Source: Octopus sinensis | Taxonomy: Eukaryota | Reading direction: 5' to 3' | DNA: 64,000 nt | Assembly: GCF_006345805.1 (NCBI RefSeq) | Contig: NC_042999.1 | Coordinates: forward strand, 15,438,001 to 15,502,000 | In this document: piece after piece, positions 27,670 through 40,446 of the stretch | How positions within the stretch are numbered: position 1 is the stretch's first letter | How the letters are laid out: the number at the start of each line of letters is the position of its first letter | Notes under the pieces: model-generated | The model's input: the letters and a program-made list of their open reading frames with translations, nothing else | Database searches by the model: none | What the model was told of the DNA's origin: nothing | Made by a program: the position numbers and the translations under genes

Positions 27670-27993
27670 TCATCATCATCATCATTTAACATCTGTTTTC
27701 CATGCTATCATGGGTTGGACGATTTTGACTGAGGGCTGGCAACCAGATGGCTGCACCAGACTCCAGTCTTGATCTGGCAGAGTTTCTACAGCTGGATGCC
27801 CTTCCTAATGCCAACCACTCCGAGAGTGTAGTGGGTGCTTTTTACGTACCACCTGCATGGGGGCCGGTCTGGCGGTACTGGCAATGACCTCGCTCGACTC
27901 TTTTTACATGTGCCACCGGCACTAACGATCATGCTCGAATGGTGCCCTTTTACGTGCCACGGGTACGGAAGCCAGTTGGCTTCCGTACCCGTG
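27670..27993 (-). mobile_element. Family D retroposon ending in a perfect 17-bp inverted repeat
   Basis: CACGGGTACGGAAGCCA-GT-TGGCTTCCGTACCCGTG at 27958-27993. Confidence 0.85.
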
Positions 27994-30227
27994 ATCTATT
28001 GTTTATGTTTTATTTTAATGTCTACTTTTCTCTGCTTGCATGGGTCAAACAGATTTTGTTTAGGTAGATTTACTACAGTTTGATACTCTCTCTGTCACTA
28101 GTCCTTATCTGCTTCCAAGCAGGTGAGGACGAGTGGCAGGGACATGGCCGGACATGTTTTCATGGAAGATTGGAAATAAATGGTACTGCTTGTAAGAAAG
28201 TAACACCCATTTATAACTATCTTTTATTGTCAACACAAGGTGACACAAACACGTATATGCATACACATGTTGGTCTTCTTTCAGTTTCCATCCATCAAAT
28301 CCTCTTACAAGGCTTTTATCATTTTATCATTTTAAGTGCAGTTAAATATTGGTTGTAATTGTTACTTTTCTTGGCGTTAGGAAGGGCATCCAGCTGTAGA
28401 AACTCTGCCAGATCAAGATTGAAGCCTGGTGCAGGCATCTGGTTTGCCAGCCCTCAGTCATTCGTCTGACCCATGCTAGCATGGAAAGCAGACGTTAAAC
28501 GATGAAGATGATGATGATTTGCTTAAGGTGCCTTGCAGTGGGACAGAACCAAAAATGATGTTGTCAGAAACTCATATTGCTTTACAAATACTATAAAATT
28601 AACTAGTCAAAAAAATAAATAAAGATAAAAAAGAGAGAAAAAGTAAGTGTTCTAAGATTCAACAATATATTAATGCATTCAGTATGAAGTTAGTAAATCC
28701 ACATACTTTATAAGTGCTAATCAAAGTTTTCTATATTCAGAATAGAATTTGTGAATACAATTTGTTATATAGAAAAGTCTGAAGCCTTAATTTTTTAAAA
28801 AGTGTGTAAAGAGAACAATATGTTCTCTGCAATAACATTAGTGGTTCTGAACAATAATGGAAACCTATTTCCAGATAAACATCAGAGTGGAAGCTTATAT
28901 TGACTCTATGATATTTTCAAAGTGTTGATGAATTATGAATAGTTTTGTAATTCACAATTTCTGACAGTCCAAGTGAAATATGAAAATATTTGCCTTTCTC
29001 TATGAAGGGAGTATAATGAGAAACAGTGAACTGCATTATGTACAAGATGGGAAAAGCTGAGGCAGAGAGCAAGCCAAAGAAAGAAATCTATATAATGATT
29101 CAAAAAATGTTGAAACTTAAGGCCAATATAAAAAAAAAACAGCCTTCTTAATGGAAAAAATGTATTACTAGACCAATAAAAGAACTTCTTAATGGAAAAA
29201 AAATATTATAAGGAAGGTTTTATTAAACTGTTTCATAAACATGTTCTCTCCTATCAGAGATAAAAGAAGCAGGCTTACTTCAGAAAATCTAAAAAATTAA
29301 TAGCCATGTTTTTAGTATTAAAGTAGTAAAGCTAAAAGCTAGGAAAATAACATTTCTTCCATTTATCTAAATAGATCTTGAGAATAAGTGATTATCAATT
29401 GAACACTATTTTAGCTTCAGAAAGTAATATGACAACCTTTGGGGTGCAGATATACTGAACATTAACTTAAATGAATAATGTAAAATACACAGGTTAGGAT
29501 TCATATTTCCCGCAGTGATATAATTCCAGTAAAAATGCCTGAATAAAAATGCTGTATTAAAATCAAAGGAATGATCTAAATAGCTCCCTAAATGTTTAAG
29601 ATGGTAGGATCTGAGTTAAGTTCCTAAAAGATGGCTCACGATTGACAATGCTGAAGGTAATTTGAAGGTTTGTTTGGCTGCATATTACTAAAGCCTTTGT
29701 TATAAACTCATTCTTCTCCTTTTAGGAGTTTGAAAAATCTCACAAATAAATTCTTGATTGAGTAACGTGTGAGATTCTTTAAATAGTCAGTTTGATTCTT
29801 AATGTACGTTACCAAAAAAAAAAAAAATAATAATAATAATAATAATAAAAAGTTAGATTTAAAGCTTTTTATAGAGTTGATGTAGAAACACGAGAAAAAT
29901 CTACTGTGTTAATGTGACCTTCATACAGCAATAGAATCAGGTAGGTGGTATTGTTTGGTGTGGACAAAAGAAACATGAAGAAAATCAATATATCAATCAA
30001 TGAAACTACTTGGTATACTGTTGATGCTGTAGCATTCCAAAAAGCTAGTGTTTATTATTCCAGTTTGGAGCTCAACATGCACTAGTACAACACATACTGC
30101 ATTGAAATTACTTGCAAAGGCCAATCTTTATTAAGTTACTGGGAAAGGTAAATAAGACTTAATACTTAGAAAAATTAATTGCTTCTGGTGAAGTTTTAAT
30201 AACACGAAAATATTGTTTTTTTTTTTT

Positions 30228-30562
30228 GTGGCCGTGTGGTACGTAGCTTGCTTACCAACCACATGGGTCCGGGTTCAGTCCCACTGCATAGCACCTTGGG
30301 CAAGTGTCTTCTACTATAGCCTCGGCCCAACCAAAGCCTTGTGAGTGGATTTGGTAGACGGAAACTGAAAGAAGCCTGTCATATGTCCCCACAACATCGT
30401 TTGACAACCGATGCTGGTGTGTTTACATCCCTGTAACTTAGCGGTTCGGCAAGAGAGACCTGATAGAATAAGTACTAAGTTTACAAAGAATAAGTTCTAG
30501 ACTAAAGGCAATGCTCCAGCATGGTCGCAGTCAAATGACTGAAACAAATAAAAGATAAAAGA
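30228..30562 (+). mobile_element. SINE family A with internal deletions
   Basis: Similarity to other A copies. Confidence 0.85.
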
Positions 30563-31489
30563 TAAAAAAAAATATATAATTGTTACTCTGGAAAATAATG
30601 TAACCATGTCTAACTTGCAGTTTGTAAATTCCTGCAGAAGAGTACGCTGTAGTAATAGAAACCTTTTTTGTGGAGAGTAACATTTATGTTTTGAAACTGC
30701 CAAAGCTGACACGTTTAATAGATTACCAGGGATATTAATAAGATTTTTGAAGATACCAACTGTATTTGTACGGACAGAAATAATTGATCAGCTGTAACCG
30801 CAAAATATGCATATGTATAATTTGAGGTGATGCGACAAACTTAGGCATGAAAAGGAAAAAAAAAATTTGTGGGATAAAAACAGGAATAATGAATAAGACC
30901 AAGGCAGTAAAAGCATATAAAGAGTAACAAATATCTCCAATTATTCATGTAAATTATTATGTAAAGCTAAATTATAAACAATGGTAGTAAAAAGGATATT
31001 TAAAATATACTTTAAAAATCTGTGCAGGAGTATGAGAAAGTAATTTAAGATACTGCACATGAACGAGAGAGAGAAGACATTATTAACAAGAACAATATTT
31101 ATGTCTTCAAGTTTCAAAATTTTCCTCCATCTTCAACAAATTTTACAACACAGCCATATTATTATAAACATACAAACAGACCTCCAGGACTATGAAGATA
31201 ATGAACAGACATTTGTTGGATAATGTTGGCCAGGGAAATCTAAAAACAAAAAAATTAATGCTGGCTCATCCAAATTTAAAATTCTTATTCCCATAATTTC
31301 AATCATTGTTGTACTAGAGTCATACATACATAAGACAAATGATTGGTGAACCGAATGTAAGATGCTGAATGTTTCTGACTGGTGGCCATTTTGCTTTGTC
31401 CAAGAAGCAGATGTTGCTGCATATTGCAGTGATCCAACTAAAAAAATGGGACTGAAAAGTACAGTTGGTCAACCCTATCAACAACCTTT

Positions 31490-31912
31490 GGATCTTTTCG
31501 GTTTGAACGGCAGTTTTTTCTAGCAGTGTCATATGAAATTGTCACCCATAATTATGACCCTAGTATCGATCTATTGCATTTCAATCTATTTTAGGGTTAG
31601 GGTTAGTTAGGGGTGGGGAGAAGGGAATCTTTTTTTCCTTCACAAATGTAAATAAATCCAATCTGTTTCTTAAACGAGGGACATATTCATATGGCACAGA
31701 ATATTTTTTACCTCAATAGACGTCAGTGATTGGTTGAAATCGCAGAAATTGAAGAAAAATAAACAACAAATATCTTACAAACTATAGAATTTTCTCAATA
31801 AAGCCAAGAGAAAAAGATGTTTTATAAACACATTCTACCAGTATACGAAGTTTAAAATTTTTTAGTTACCTAGAAATTATGTTAAAAACTGCCGTTCAAA
31901 CTGAAAAGATCC
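31490..31912. mobile_element. MITE with ~30-bp TIRs and a degenerate 8-bp TSD (Merlin/hAT-like geometry)
   Basis: GGATCTTTTCGGTTTGAACGGCAGTTTTT / AAAAACTGCCGTTCAAACTGAAAAGATCC. Flanks CAACCTTT and CAAACATT match at 6/8. Confidence 0.75.
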
Positions 31913-33267
31913 CAAACATTTCCTTATATATGTTGGTCAGGGCCCCACCTCCATCATCAATCATCCTTATGACATATCCCTTTAGCTGCATTTTGTCTTG
32001 GACTTGTTAAAAAAAAAATCTTTGAATCAACGAATATAATGTAATTTTTTTTCTAACAATATTCACTTACTGGCACTACAGAGTTGAAGTTCTGTTTTCC
32101 AGTAGGCTAAAATGTCATCCTGTTCAATGTAAATATTACGTGCTAGTTTCATTTCTATTATTTGTAGAGCTTCCAGACCTTGATTTGTTCACAGAATGCC
32201 TTATTCTTTACTAAGGCAGCTCACCTTCATTACTTATATAGGCATTGCCATTATTCCTACCGTGATAGTCACAGAGCATAACACTTCATTAACTGAATCG
32301 ATGACAAATATAACATGTAACAGACATCCTGAAACTTCCAGCATGTTAGGAACTAGTCTTTAAATAAATTCTTGAAAATGATGATTAGTTGTCCATTACA
32401 GAATGAAAACAACAAGAAATTTGCTATTTAAAAAAAAAGGGAAGTTAGCTAGTTAATAATTATAAAACAAGTTTTTAAAGACAAATTCAATTTCAGGAAA
32501 TTATATTCATGTCCTTTTCAGATATCAATTTTGACAATAGTATTTTTCTGTCCATTAAATAGCTCTTAGAAAATTGTATTTTTAAAATATGGTTTAGAGA
32601 GCCTTCAAAATATACATTAACATTATGAAGAACCGACAAAACAAATTTATCAATACCTTCACTTTTATAAATCTTATTTATTATTCTCTCTATTTTTACA
32701 AAATTTATATCATGAATTTTATATGGCAAAAGAAGGAATATAAGTGTTTTGCAAGGAAATATAAATTCATAATGAAAGTTCTATAGAAGGGATATTTGTG
32801 TATATTATTCAGTTGTGTTGTATTGATATATTTTTGTAAAATGATGTAAAGATAATATATAACCATTCACTGCATAATTGGAAAACAAATAAATGAGAAT
32901 GTGAAATATTTCTAGATACAGGGTGTAGAACATTGAAGAAACACAAAAATGAAAAAATAAAAAAAATAATAATAATTATATAAGCACACAGACACAGAAA
33001 TATATAAACAGAAATAATTATATTGACAGTCACGTAGGATCTAAGTCACGTCCTCTTCTTAAAACCAACCAACTAATTATAAATGTGTGCGTAAACATAT
33101 GCCTCATATATATATATACACACATATACAAAGACACATAAAAATATATATACATATATATATATATACACACACATACAAAGACACAAAAATATATATA
33201 CACACACATACAAAGGCACTTAAAAATATATATACATATATATATGTATATATACACACACATAAAT

Positions 33268-34125
33268 ACATCATCATCATCATCATTTAACGTCCGCTTT
33301 CCATGCTAGCATGGGTTGGACGGTTCAACTGGGGTCTGGGGAGCCCGAAAGCTGCACCAGTCCAGTCAGATCTGGCAGTGTTTCTACAGCTGGATGCCCT
33401 TCCTAACGCCAACCACTCCGAGAGTGTAGTGGGTGATTTTATGTGCCACCGACACAGGTGCCAGACGAGGCTGGCAAACGGCCACGCTCGGATGGTGTTT
33501 TTTATGTGCCACCGACACAGGTGCTAGACGAGGCTGGCAGACGGCCACGCTCGGATGGTGTTTTTATGTGCCACCGACACAGGTGCCAGATGAGGCTGGG
33601 AAACGGCCACGATCGGATGGTGCTTGTTACATGCCCACAGCACGGAGGCCAGTCGATGCGGTACTGGCTACGGCCACGTTCGGATGGTTTTCTTGTGTGC
33701 CACGTGCCACCGGCACTGGTACCACAAAGATACAAATTCCATTGATGTTCATCTATTTTGATTTGTTTTGATTTTCACTTGCCTCAACAGGTCTTCACAA
33801 GTGTCACAAGAAGGAAGGTATGCACAGGTGGACTGACTACGTCCCAGGTAGGGGCCATGGGTTATGGCCTGACTAGTCTTGCCGGGTCTTTGGATGGTGT
33901 TTTTATGTGCCACCGACACAGGTGCTAGATGAGGCTGGCGAACGGCCACGATCGGATGGTGTTTGTCATGTGCCCACCGCACTGACTACAGCAATGATGG
34001 ATTTCTTGTGTGCCACAGGCACTGGTACCGCAAGATACAAATTCCATTGATGTTCATCTATTTTGTCTATTTTGATTTGATTTGATTTGATTTTCACTTG
34101 CCTCAACCGGTCTTCACAAGTGTCA
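33268..34125 (-). mobile_element. Long family D copy with 62-63-bp VNTR and a higher-order duplication
   Basis: Units start at 33445, 33508 and 33570. Block ~33555-33808 is repeated at ~33892-34124. Confidence 0.85.
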
Positions 34126-35331
34126 TACATATATATTCATAAACTCAAACACACACATTCACATACTCACAAATACACACATGCTGCGTATTACTATGCA
34201 TATCTTAGTTTTAGAATAGGCAGACTACATCCCTACTTGTAAGTGATGACTTAAAGGTTTGGCAACAAGGCGGACATCTGGTCATAAGACAATGCCTCAG
34301 GAGAATTGCCCAGTCAATGCCAGCATACTAAAAGCGGATGTAAAATGCTGATTATACATAAACACACTCACATGAGTGTGTGTGTGTGTGTGTATGTGTG
34401 TGCATGCATCTGTTTGTATCTATCTATATCATCATCATCATTGTGGTTTATCACCAACTCTCACATGGTTGCGTGGGGGAGACAGAGTGTTTATTAAAAC
34501 AGATTTTCTAGGGCCTGAAGCCCTTCCTGTTGCAAACCCTCACTTATTTCCTAGCAAAGTAACAGTTTCCAAACATGCTTTACATAGAAGACTGGAAATG
34601 AGCAGCATTGCTTTTATGATGATGGTACTCATTTATAGCCATTGTCAACACAAGGCCACACATAGGGCTTCTTTCAGTTTCCAGTTATGAAATCCACACA
34701 CAAGACTTTGGTGGGACCAGGACCATATTACCAAAGGTGCCACATAGTGGGAGTGAATAATACACCAAAATTTGCATAATTTCTTTAGATGCATATAGTT
34801 TTAAGTCTCAAAGATCTTGAAAATGCTAAATATAAAAATAGAAGTGTATGCCCTTCCCCCCTCTGAACCCCTCCAGCCTTGCCCTCACTCTCAAAACACT
34901 TTTTCAGATACATGTTATGCATATTTGTGAAGAATAATCTCATGTTTAAAACAAGAATCTGAAAAGAAAAAACAAAACTTTCTGAAAGAAGTCAATATTG
35001 AAAGATTACCAAAAGTTGGGTGGTGTGACAGATTTTACCCTTCTTTCCAAAAAATAAACCTTTTCTTCTTTTTTCAGATTTGTAATCTTTGATGCTTAAA
35101 ACATACACAAAAACACCCAAGATGATGTCGCATAAAAAGCATCTGTGCTGGTGTCTAATAAAAAGCATTCAATACACTCTGTAAAAGTGTTTAGCAGTAG
35201 GAAGGGCATCCAACTGTAGAAACCATTTCATGACAGACAATTGGAACCTGGTGCAGATCTCTAGCTGGCCAGCTTCTATCAAACTCTCCAACCCATACCA
35301 GCTTGAAAAACAGATGTCAAATAATGATGAA

Positions 35332-35386
<55 letters not shown>

Positions 35387-35879
35387 TAGCATATTATATT
35401 GAAATAACATGTACATATGTTATCTAAACTCATTTATTGGTTTTTCATCATGCGGTTGTGGCCATATTATGTCACCACCCTCAAAGTTTTTGAGTTGGTC
35501 ATATTGATCTCAATGGTTATTTCTGTCTACTGCTTATTTTAATGATTTCTATTTATTGAATACCTAATTAATCTTTAATATAAAGGAGTGCAACACAGGT
35601 TTTTCATTGGAAAATACATGTACAGGCAGAGGCATAGAGACACAAACACATATATTATATATAGGAGCAGAAGTGGCTGTGTGATAAGGCGATAGGAAGT
35701 TTGCTTCCTATCCAAAGGGTTCTGGGTTCAGTCCCACTTTGGGCAAGTATCTTGTACTATAACCTGTGAGTATATTTGGATGACAGAAACTGAAAGAAGC
35801 CCATTGTGCGTGTGTGTATGTATGTAAATATGTGTATGTATATATATATATATATGTATATGTATATATATAGGTAAAC

Positions 35880-36325
35880 AGTAAAATTAATTACAGACAT
35901 GGACAAGAACATGAAACACCACAGAGACGACACAAGAACCACAGGACGGGACATTCGAAGCCCTCAGTCATCAGTCAAGAACCAGATCATCTTAGCAATT
36001 TCGGCTGATTAATCTTGAGATTGCTCCGATATGGCCAGCCCGCCAAGGGAAATCTAAGCCAAGCGCATTAGATCCCCTGGAAGAAAGCTTCGAATGTATA
36101 CAACGAAAGGACGGAAAACGATCGAAGTACACAAACAAAAATACAGAATACGTGACACCAATAAGAATACAAAAACGTAAAAACAATAACGGTAAAAATA
36201 AAAAATAAACAACAAAACAAAACCAGGACGTAGGACAAGGGTCTTTCGACAGGACGATTTGAGTAGGGGCTGGCTTGTGAAGTTGTGCCTAAAGGCCACG
36301 GGGAGACGAACAAATACGTGTTGCT
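35880..36325. mobile_element. Unclassified CpG-richer insert between two (TA)n tracts, possibly a Penelope-like terminal repeat
   Basis: Composition contrast with its flanks; inverted CATTCGAAGC/GCTTCGAATG pair. No second copy in the window. Confidence 0.35.
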
Positions 36326-36337
36326 TATGTATATATG

Positions 36338-36382
<45 letters not shown>

Positions 36383-36510
36383 ATGTATTATATATATATG
36401 TATATGTATGTATATAATATATATATATATGTATATATATGTATATATATATATATATATATGTATATTATATATATATATGTAATATATATATATATAT
36501 ATATATATAG

Positions 36511-36545
<35 letters not shown>

Positions 36546-36604
36546 GTATGTATATATATATTATATGTATATATATATATGTATATATGTATATATATAT
36601 ATAG

Positions 36605-36671
<67 letters not shown>

Positions 36672-36780
36672 ATATATGTATATGTATATGTATATATATG
36701 TATATGTATGTATATATATTATATATGTATATGTATGTAATATATATATATATATATGTAATATATATATATATATATAT
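36326..36780. repeat. Compound (AT)/(ATGT) microsatellite, ~455 bp
   Basis: Direct reading. Confidence 0.97.
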
Positions 36781-37123
36781 AGTAGGAAAAATGGAGGAGG
36801 AGAATTTGTATTATTCCCATATGTTATCTGAAAGCAGTGGTTGGAGCCGATGGCAATTTTATTGAAAAATTTCCTCTTTAGTATCTCAAGATATTTTTAT
36901 ATAATTTTGGCAAATATATCTGTTAATATGAGATGTCAGTGTTATTTTCAGTTTTTCATAATTTAGATGACAATTTATTCATCACACCCTGTATATATAT
37001 ATAATCATGTCAAAGGGAAATGGAATTTAATTAAAATTAAAACATTCAATCAAAATTTACATTTTCAGTGGTCCCTACAAGTGGAGTCCTTATGTGTATA
37101 AATATACACTATATCGTATGACT

Positions 37124-37155
<32 letters not shown>

Positions 37156-37184
37156 AGTGTGTATAAAATATTTTCTAACAGATA

Positions 37185-38084
37185 TGAGGTCTGATTGATA
37201 AATATCTGGACTGTTGCCATAGTAACAAAGCAAAAATACACAGTGTGAAGCTGCTTGACAAAGATTGACCGTGAACTCTGCTGTGCATGTGCACTAAGTT
37301 TTAACATTCTAGTTCACTTCTGCTGTTTACAGCAGTGCTTGGAAGGAAGGTGTGTAGCATGTGATCATCACATTGACCATGACAGAGAAAGTTGTCATGG
37401 CGATACCTGCTCAGAGGCCTACACAAAGTTGCAGAAAGTATATGGTGAGGAGTGACTGAGCTGCATACAAGGGCACAAATGTTTCAGATGTTTCCAAGAT
37501 GGCCAAAAAAATGTTGATATTGACAAATGTTATGGGAGACCCAGAACCAGCAGACCCGAGAAAAACATCACAGATGTGCATGAAGGCCTGAGGGGAAATC
37601 GTTGAATTACCATCAATGAGTTATCAGAAAATGTGCAGAGTAGATTTGTTACAGTTTAAATCAGTCCATTATCACTAAAGATTTGGGTATGAGATGCATG
37701 TCTGACAAGTTTGTGCCAAAACTGCTTCCAGCTGACCAAATTGACACTTGTATTTCAGTTCCACAAGATCTCCTTGATTGTGTTGAGAATGACGAACACT
37801 TTTTGAAAACTCTGCATAGGCCTCTGAGTATGTTTCACCAAGCTTTTGACAAAATTTGCTGCAGATTCTCAGTTCAACTTTCTCTGTCATGGTCAATGCG
37901 ATGATCACATGCTACACACCTTCCTTCCAAGCACTGTTGTAAACAGCAGAGGTGAGCTAGATTGTCAAAACTTAGTGCACATGCACAACAGAGTTCAAGG
38001 TCAATATATGCCAAGTGGCTTCACTCTGTGTGTTTTAGCTTTGTTACTATGGCAACACTCTGGATACTTACTGATCAGACCACA
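37185..38084. mobile_element. Mariner derivative made of two inverted 5' ends
   Basis: TA-TGAGGTCTGATTGATAAATATCTGGA ... TCTGGATACTTACTGATCAGACCACA-TA. The + strand gives the transposase N-terminus to FVPKLL...DLLDCVENDEHFLKT (37185-37812). 37813-38084 is an inverted copy of the 5' ~270 bp (MTEKVELRICSKFCQKLG). Confidence 0.85.
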
Positions 38085-38417
38085 TATTTGAAATTCATTG
38101 TTATATCATGATAATAAACTTGTTGCATAATGCTCAAGTGCACTATAACTTAAAAAAAAGGAGACAAGGGTATCTATCTGACTATCTATCTACCTGTCTG
38201 TCTGTCTACCTACCTACCTACCTGTGTGTGTGTGTTTGTGTGTGTTATTTTGTCCTCCCTTCATTCTCCAGGTACTGTCTTGCAGTCACCTTTAATTATT
38301 GTTAAAATTACAAGAGCGGTGTTAAATATATTTCTCATTCTATTTAAATTTTGAGGTTTGGCTTCCTTGTTGATCCTTGTTTTTATATTAAATATGCCTG
38401 TATTCCAAGAGTATGCT

Positions 38418-38483
<66 letters not shown>

Positions 38484-39099
38484 TGTACATGTATGTTTGA
38501 AAACCCGCAGAGAAACAAGGATGTCAGTGTATATTATCTTGAAGTATTATTTAACATATATGTGTATTCACCCGTATGTTATCACATTTCTTTTAACTAC
38601 GTAATATATATGCATGTTGAATTATATACACAAATGAAAATATTAATTTATTCCAATGCATGCATATTTATATCAAATATAGCTATGAATTTCTAGTGGT
38701 TGAATGTAAATTTATAAATGAAGTGAGGTCATTCTAACTTAATTACTAACTTCTCCTGAAATTCTCGATATAGATTTGAAAAGGAAATAGAAATCAGAAT
38801 AAAGATTTGAAAAGGAAATGGAAAAGAAATCTATATGCAATAGGGATTTTCTGTTTCTGGTATTATGATATTTGTAGAGTTTTGCTGTAAGTGATTTGTG
38901 TTGTGAAATGAGGCAAGGAGGCAGTTTGATAGCATAAGACACACAGGTTTATATTAAAAGCATCACACTTTCAGTAGAGCAGATTCAGGGGAATAAAAGG
39001 TTTTAGTGCATTAATTCATGAAATATAGGTTCAACTTTGCATATAGGACCAGGGGTAATTTTTTGAGACCTTGTTTTGAGAAAACATATGTCTCTAATA

Positions 39100-39935
39100 G
39101 GTACAGATATGGCTGTGTGGTAAAAAGTTTGCTTCTCATCCACATGGTCCTAGGCTCAATTCCGCTGCTTGGCACTTTGGGCAAATGTCTTCTACTATAG
39201 TCTTAGGCCGACAAAGCCTTGTGAGGTGGATTTGGTAGATGGAAACTAAAAGAAGCCTATTGTACATATATATATATATGTGTGTGTGTGTCTTTGCTTG
39301 TCTCCCATTCATGTTTGACAATCAGTTTTGGTGTGTTTATGTTCCTTTAACTTCATAGTTTAGTAAAAGAGATCAAGTGGATAAGGAACAGGTTTAAGAA
39401 ATATATAAGTACTGGAGTCAATTCATTCAACTAAAAATTCTCCAAGACAGTGCCCCAGCATGGCTACAGTCTAATGACTGAAACAAGTAAAAGGTAGAAG
39501 ATAATATGCCATCAAATATGATACGTATTATGTTATGTTGTAAGTGGGGATTACAACAAACTCAAGGACCACCAAAGTGGTACATACTACTGCTGTAATA
39601 ACTTGGTGATAAGAAAATAAATGATAAATATAAATTAAAAGGAAAATTAAGATAAATATAAAAATAAATTGATTATAGGTGCAAGAGTGGCTGTGTGGTA
39701 AGTAGTTTGCTCACCAACCACATGATTCCGGGTTCAGTCCCACTGCAGGGCACCTTGGGCAAGTGTCTTCTACTATAGCTTCAAGCCGACCAAAGTCTTG
39801 TGAGTGGATATGGTAGATGGAAACTGAAAGAAGCCCGTCATGTTTGTGTGTATGTTTGTATATGTTTGTGTGTCTGTCTGTGTTCCCCAAACGTCACTTG
39901 ACACCCGATGCTGGTGTGTTTACTTTCCCCATATT
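39100..39935 (+). mobile_element. Two SINE family A copies (old 39100-39502; 5' part 39675-39935)
   Basis: Heads and CORE motifs. Confidence 0.75.
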
Positions 39936-40143
39936 TTGAATTTGTTACCCACCATATCAATTCTCCTAGTCACCCTCACTGTCATCATGCTGTTTGTAAC
40001 CGTTCTTATCTACCTGTACCACTTCTCACCTTTCACCTTCCTGTAATACAAGGGCGCACCCTAACACATTTTCACCACTATCCTCTCTCTTTTTCAACAA
40101 AGGTAAACATCTATCTCCCTTACAGTAGGACACCTGTTCCTGT

Positions 40144-40446
40144 TGTTTGTTCCTTCTCGAGCCACGCCTGACTCATAAGGGCCAGTTTCCTGGTTTCCTT
40201 GGTGTATAGGTTCCCCACCTGGATGGGACGCCAGTCCGTCACAGGTGAGCTGCAAGATGCAGGAGGAAAGAGTGAGAGGAAGTTGTGGCGAAAGAGTCAG
40301 CAGAAGTTCGCTATTACCTTCTGCTGGAGCTGCGTGTAGCTTAGGTGTTTTGCTCATAAACATACACATCATCCGGTCTGAGATTCGAACCTGCGATCCC
40401 TCGACCACGCATCCGCTGCTCTAACCACTAGGCCATGTGCCTCCAC
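40144..40446 (-). mobile_element. tRNA-derived SINE, family E, tail variant 2
   Basis: B-box GGTTCGAATC. TSD ACCTGTTCCTGT at 40132-40143 and 40447-40458. Confidence 0.85.

Noticed and set aside
31583-31615. Interstitial telomere
   Set aside because: Only about three TTAGGG units, all inside a MITE.
33445-33660. 62-bp and 256-bp periodic arrays as CRISPR-like
   Set aside because: The units are contiguous with no unique spacers, no cas genes are present, and the context is eukaryotic intron.
35941-36010. CUGAUGA...GAAU...GUC as a third canonical hammerhead
   Set aside because: It has GAAU instead of GAAA, no workable stem II, and no stem I partner after the putative cleavage site.
36285-36865. 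Overlapping Y/I/M/C-rich ORFs (also 42299-42926, 33030-33290, 41302-41740)
   Set aside because: These are translations of (AT)/(ATAC) microsatellites, which lack stop codons in several frames.
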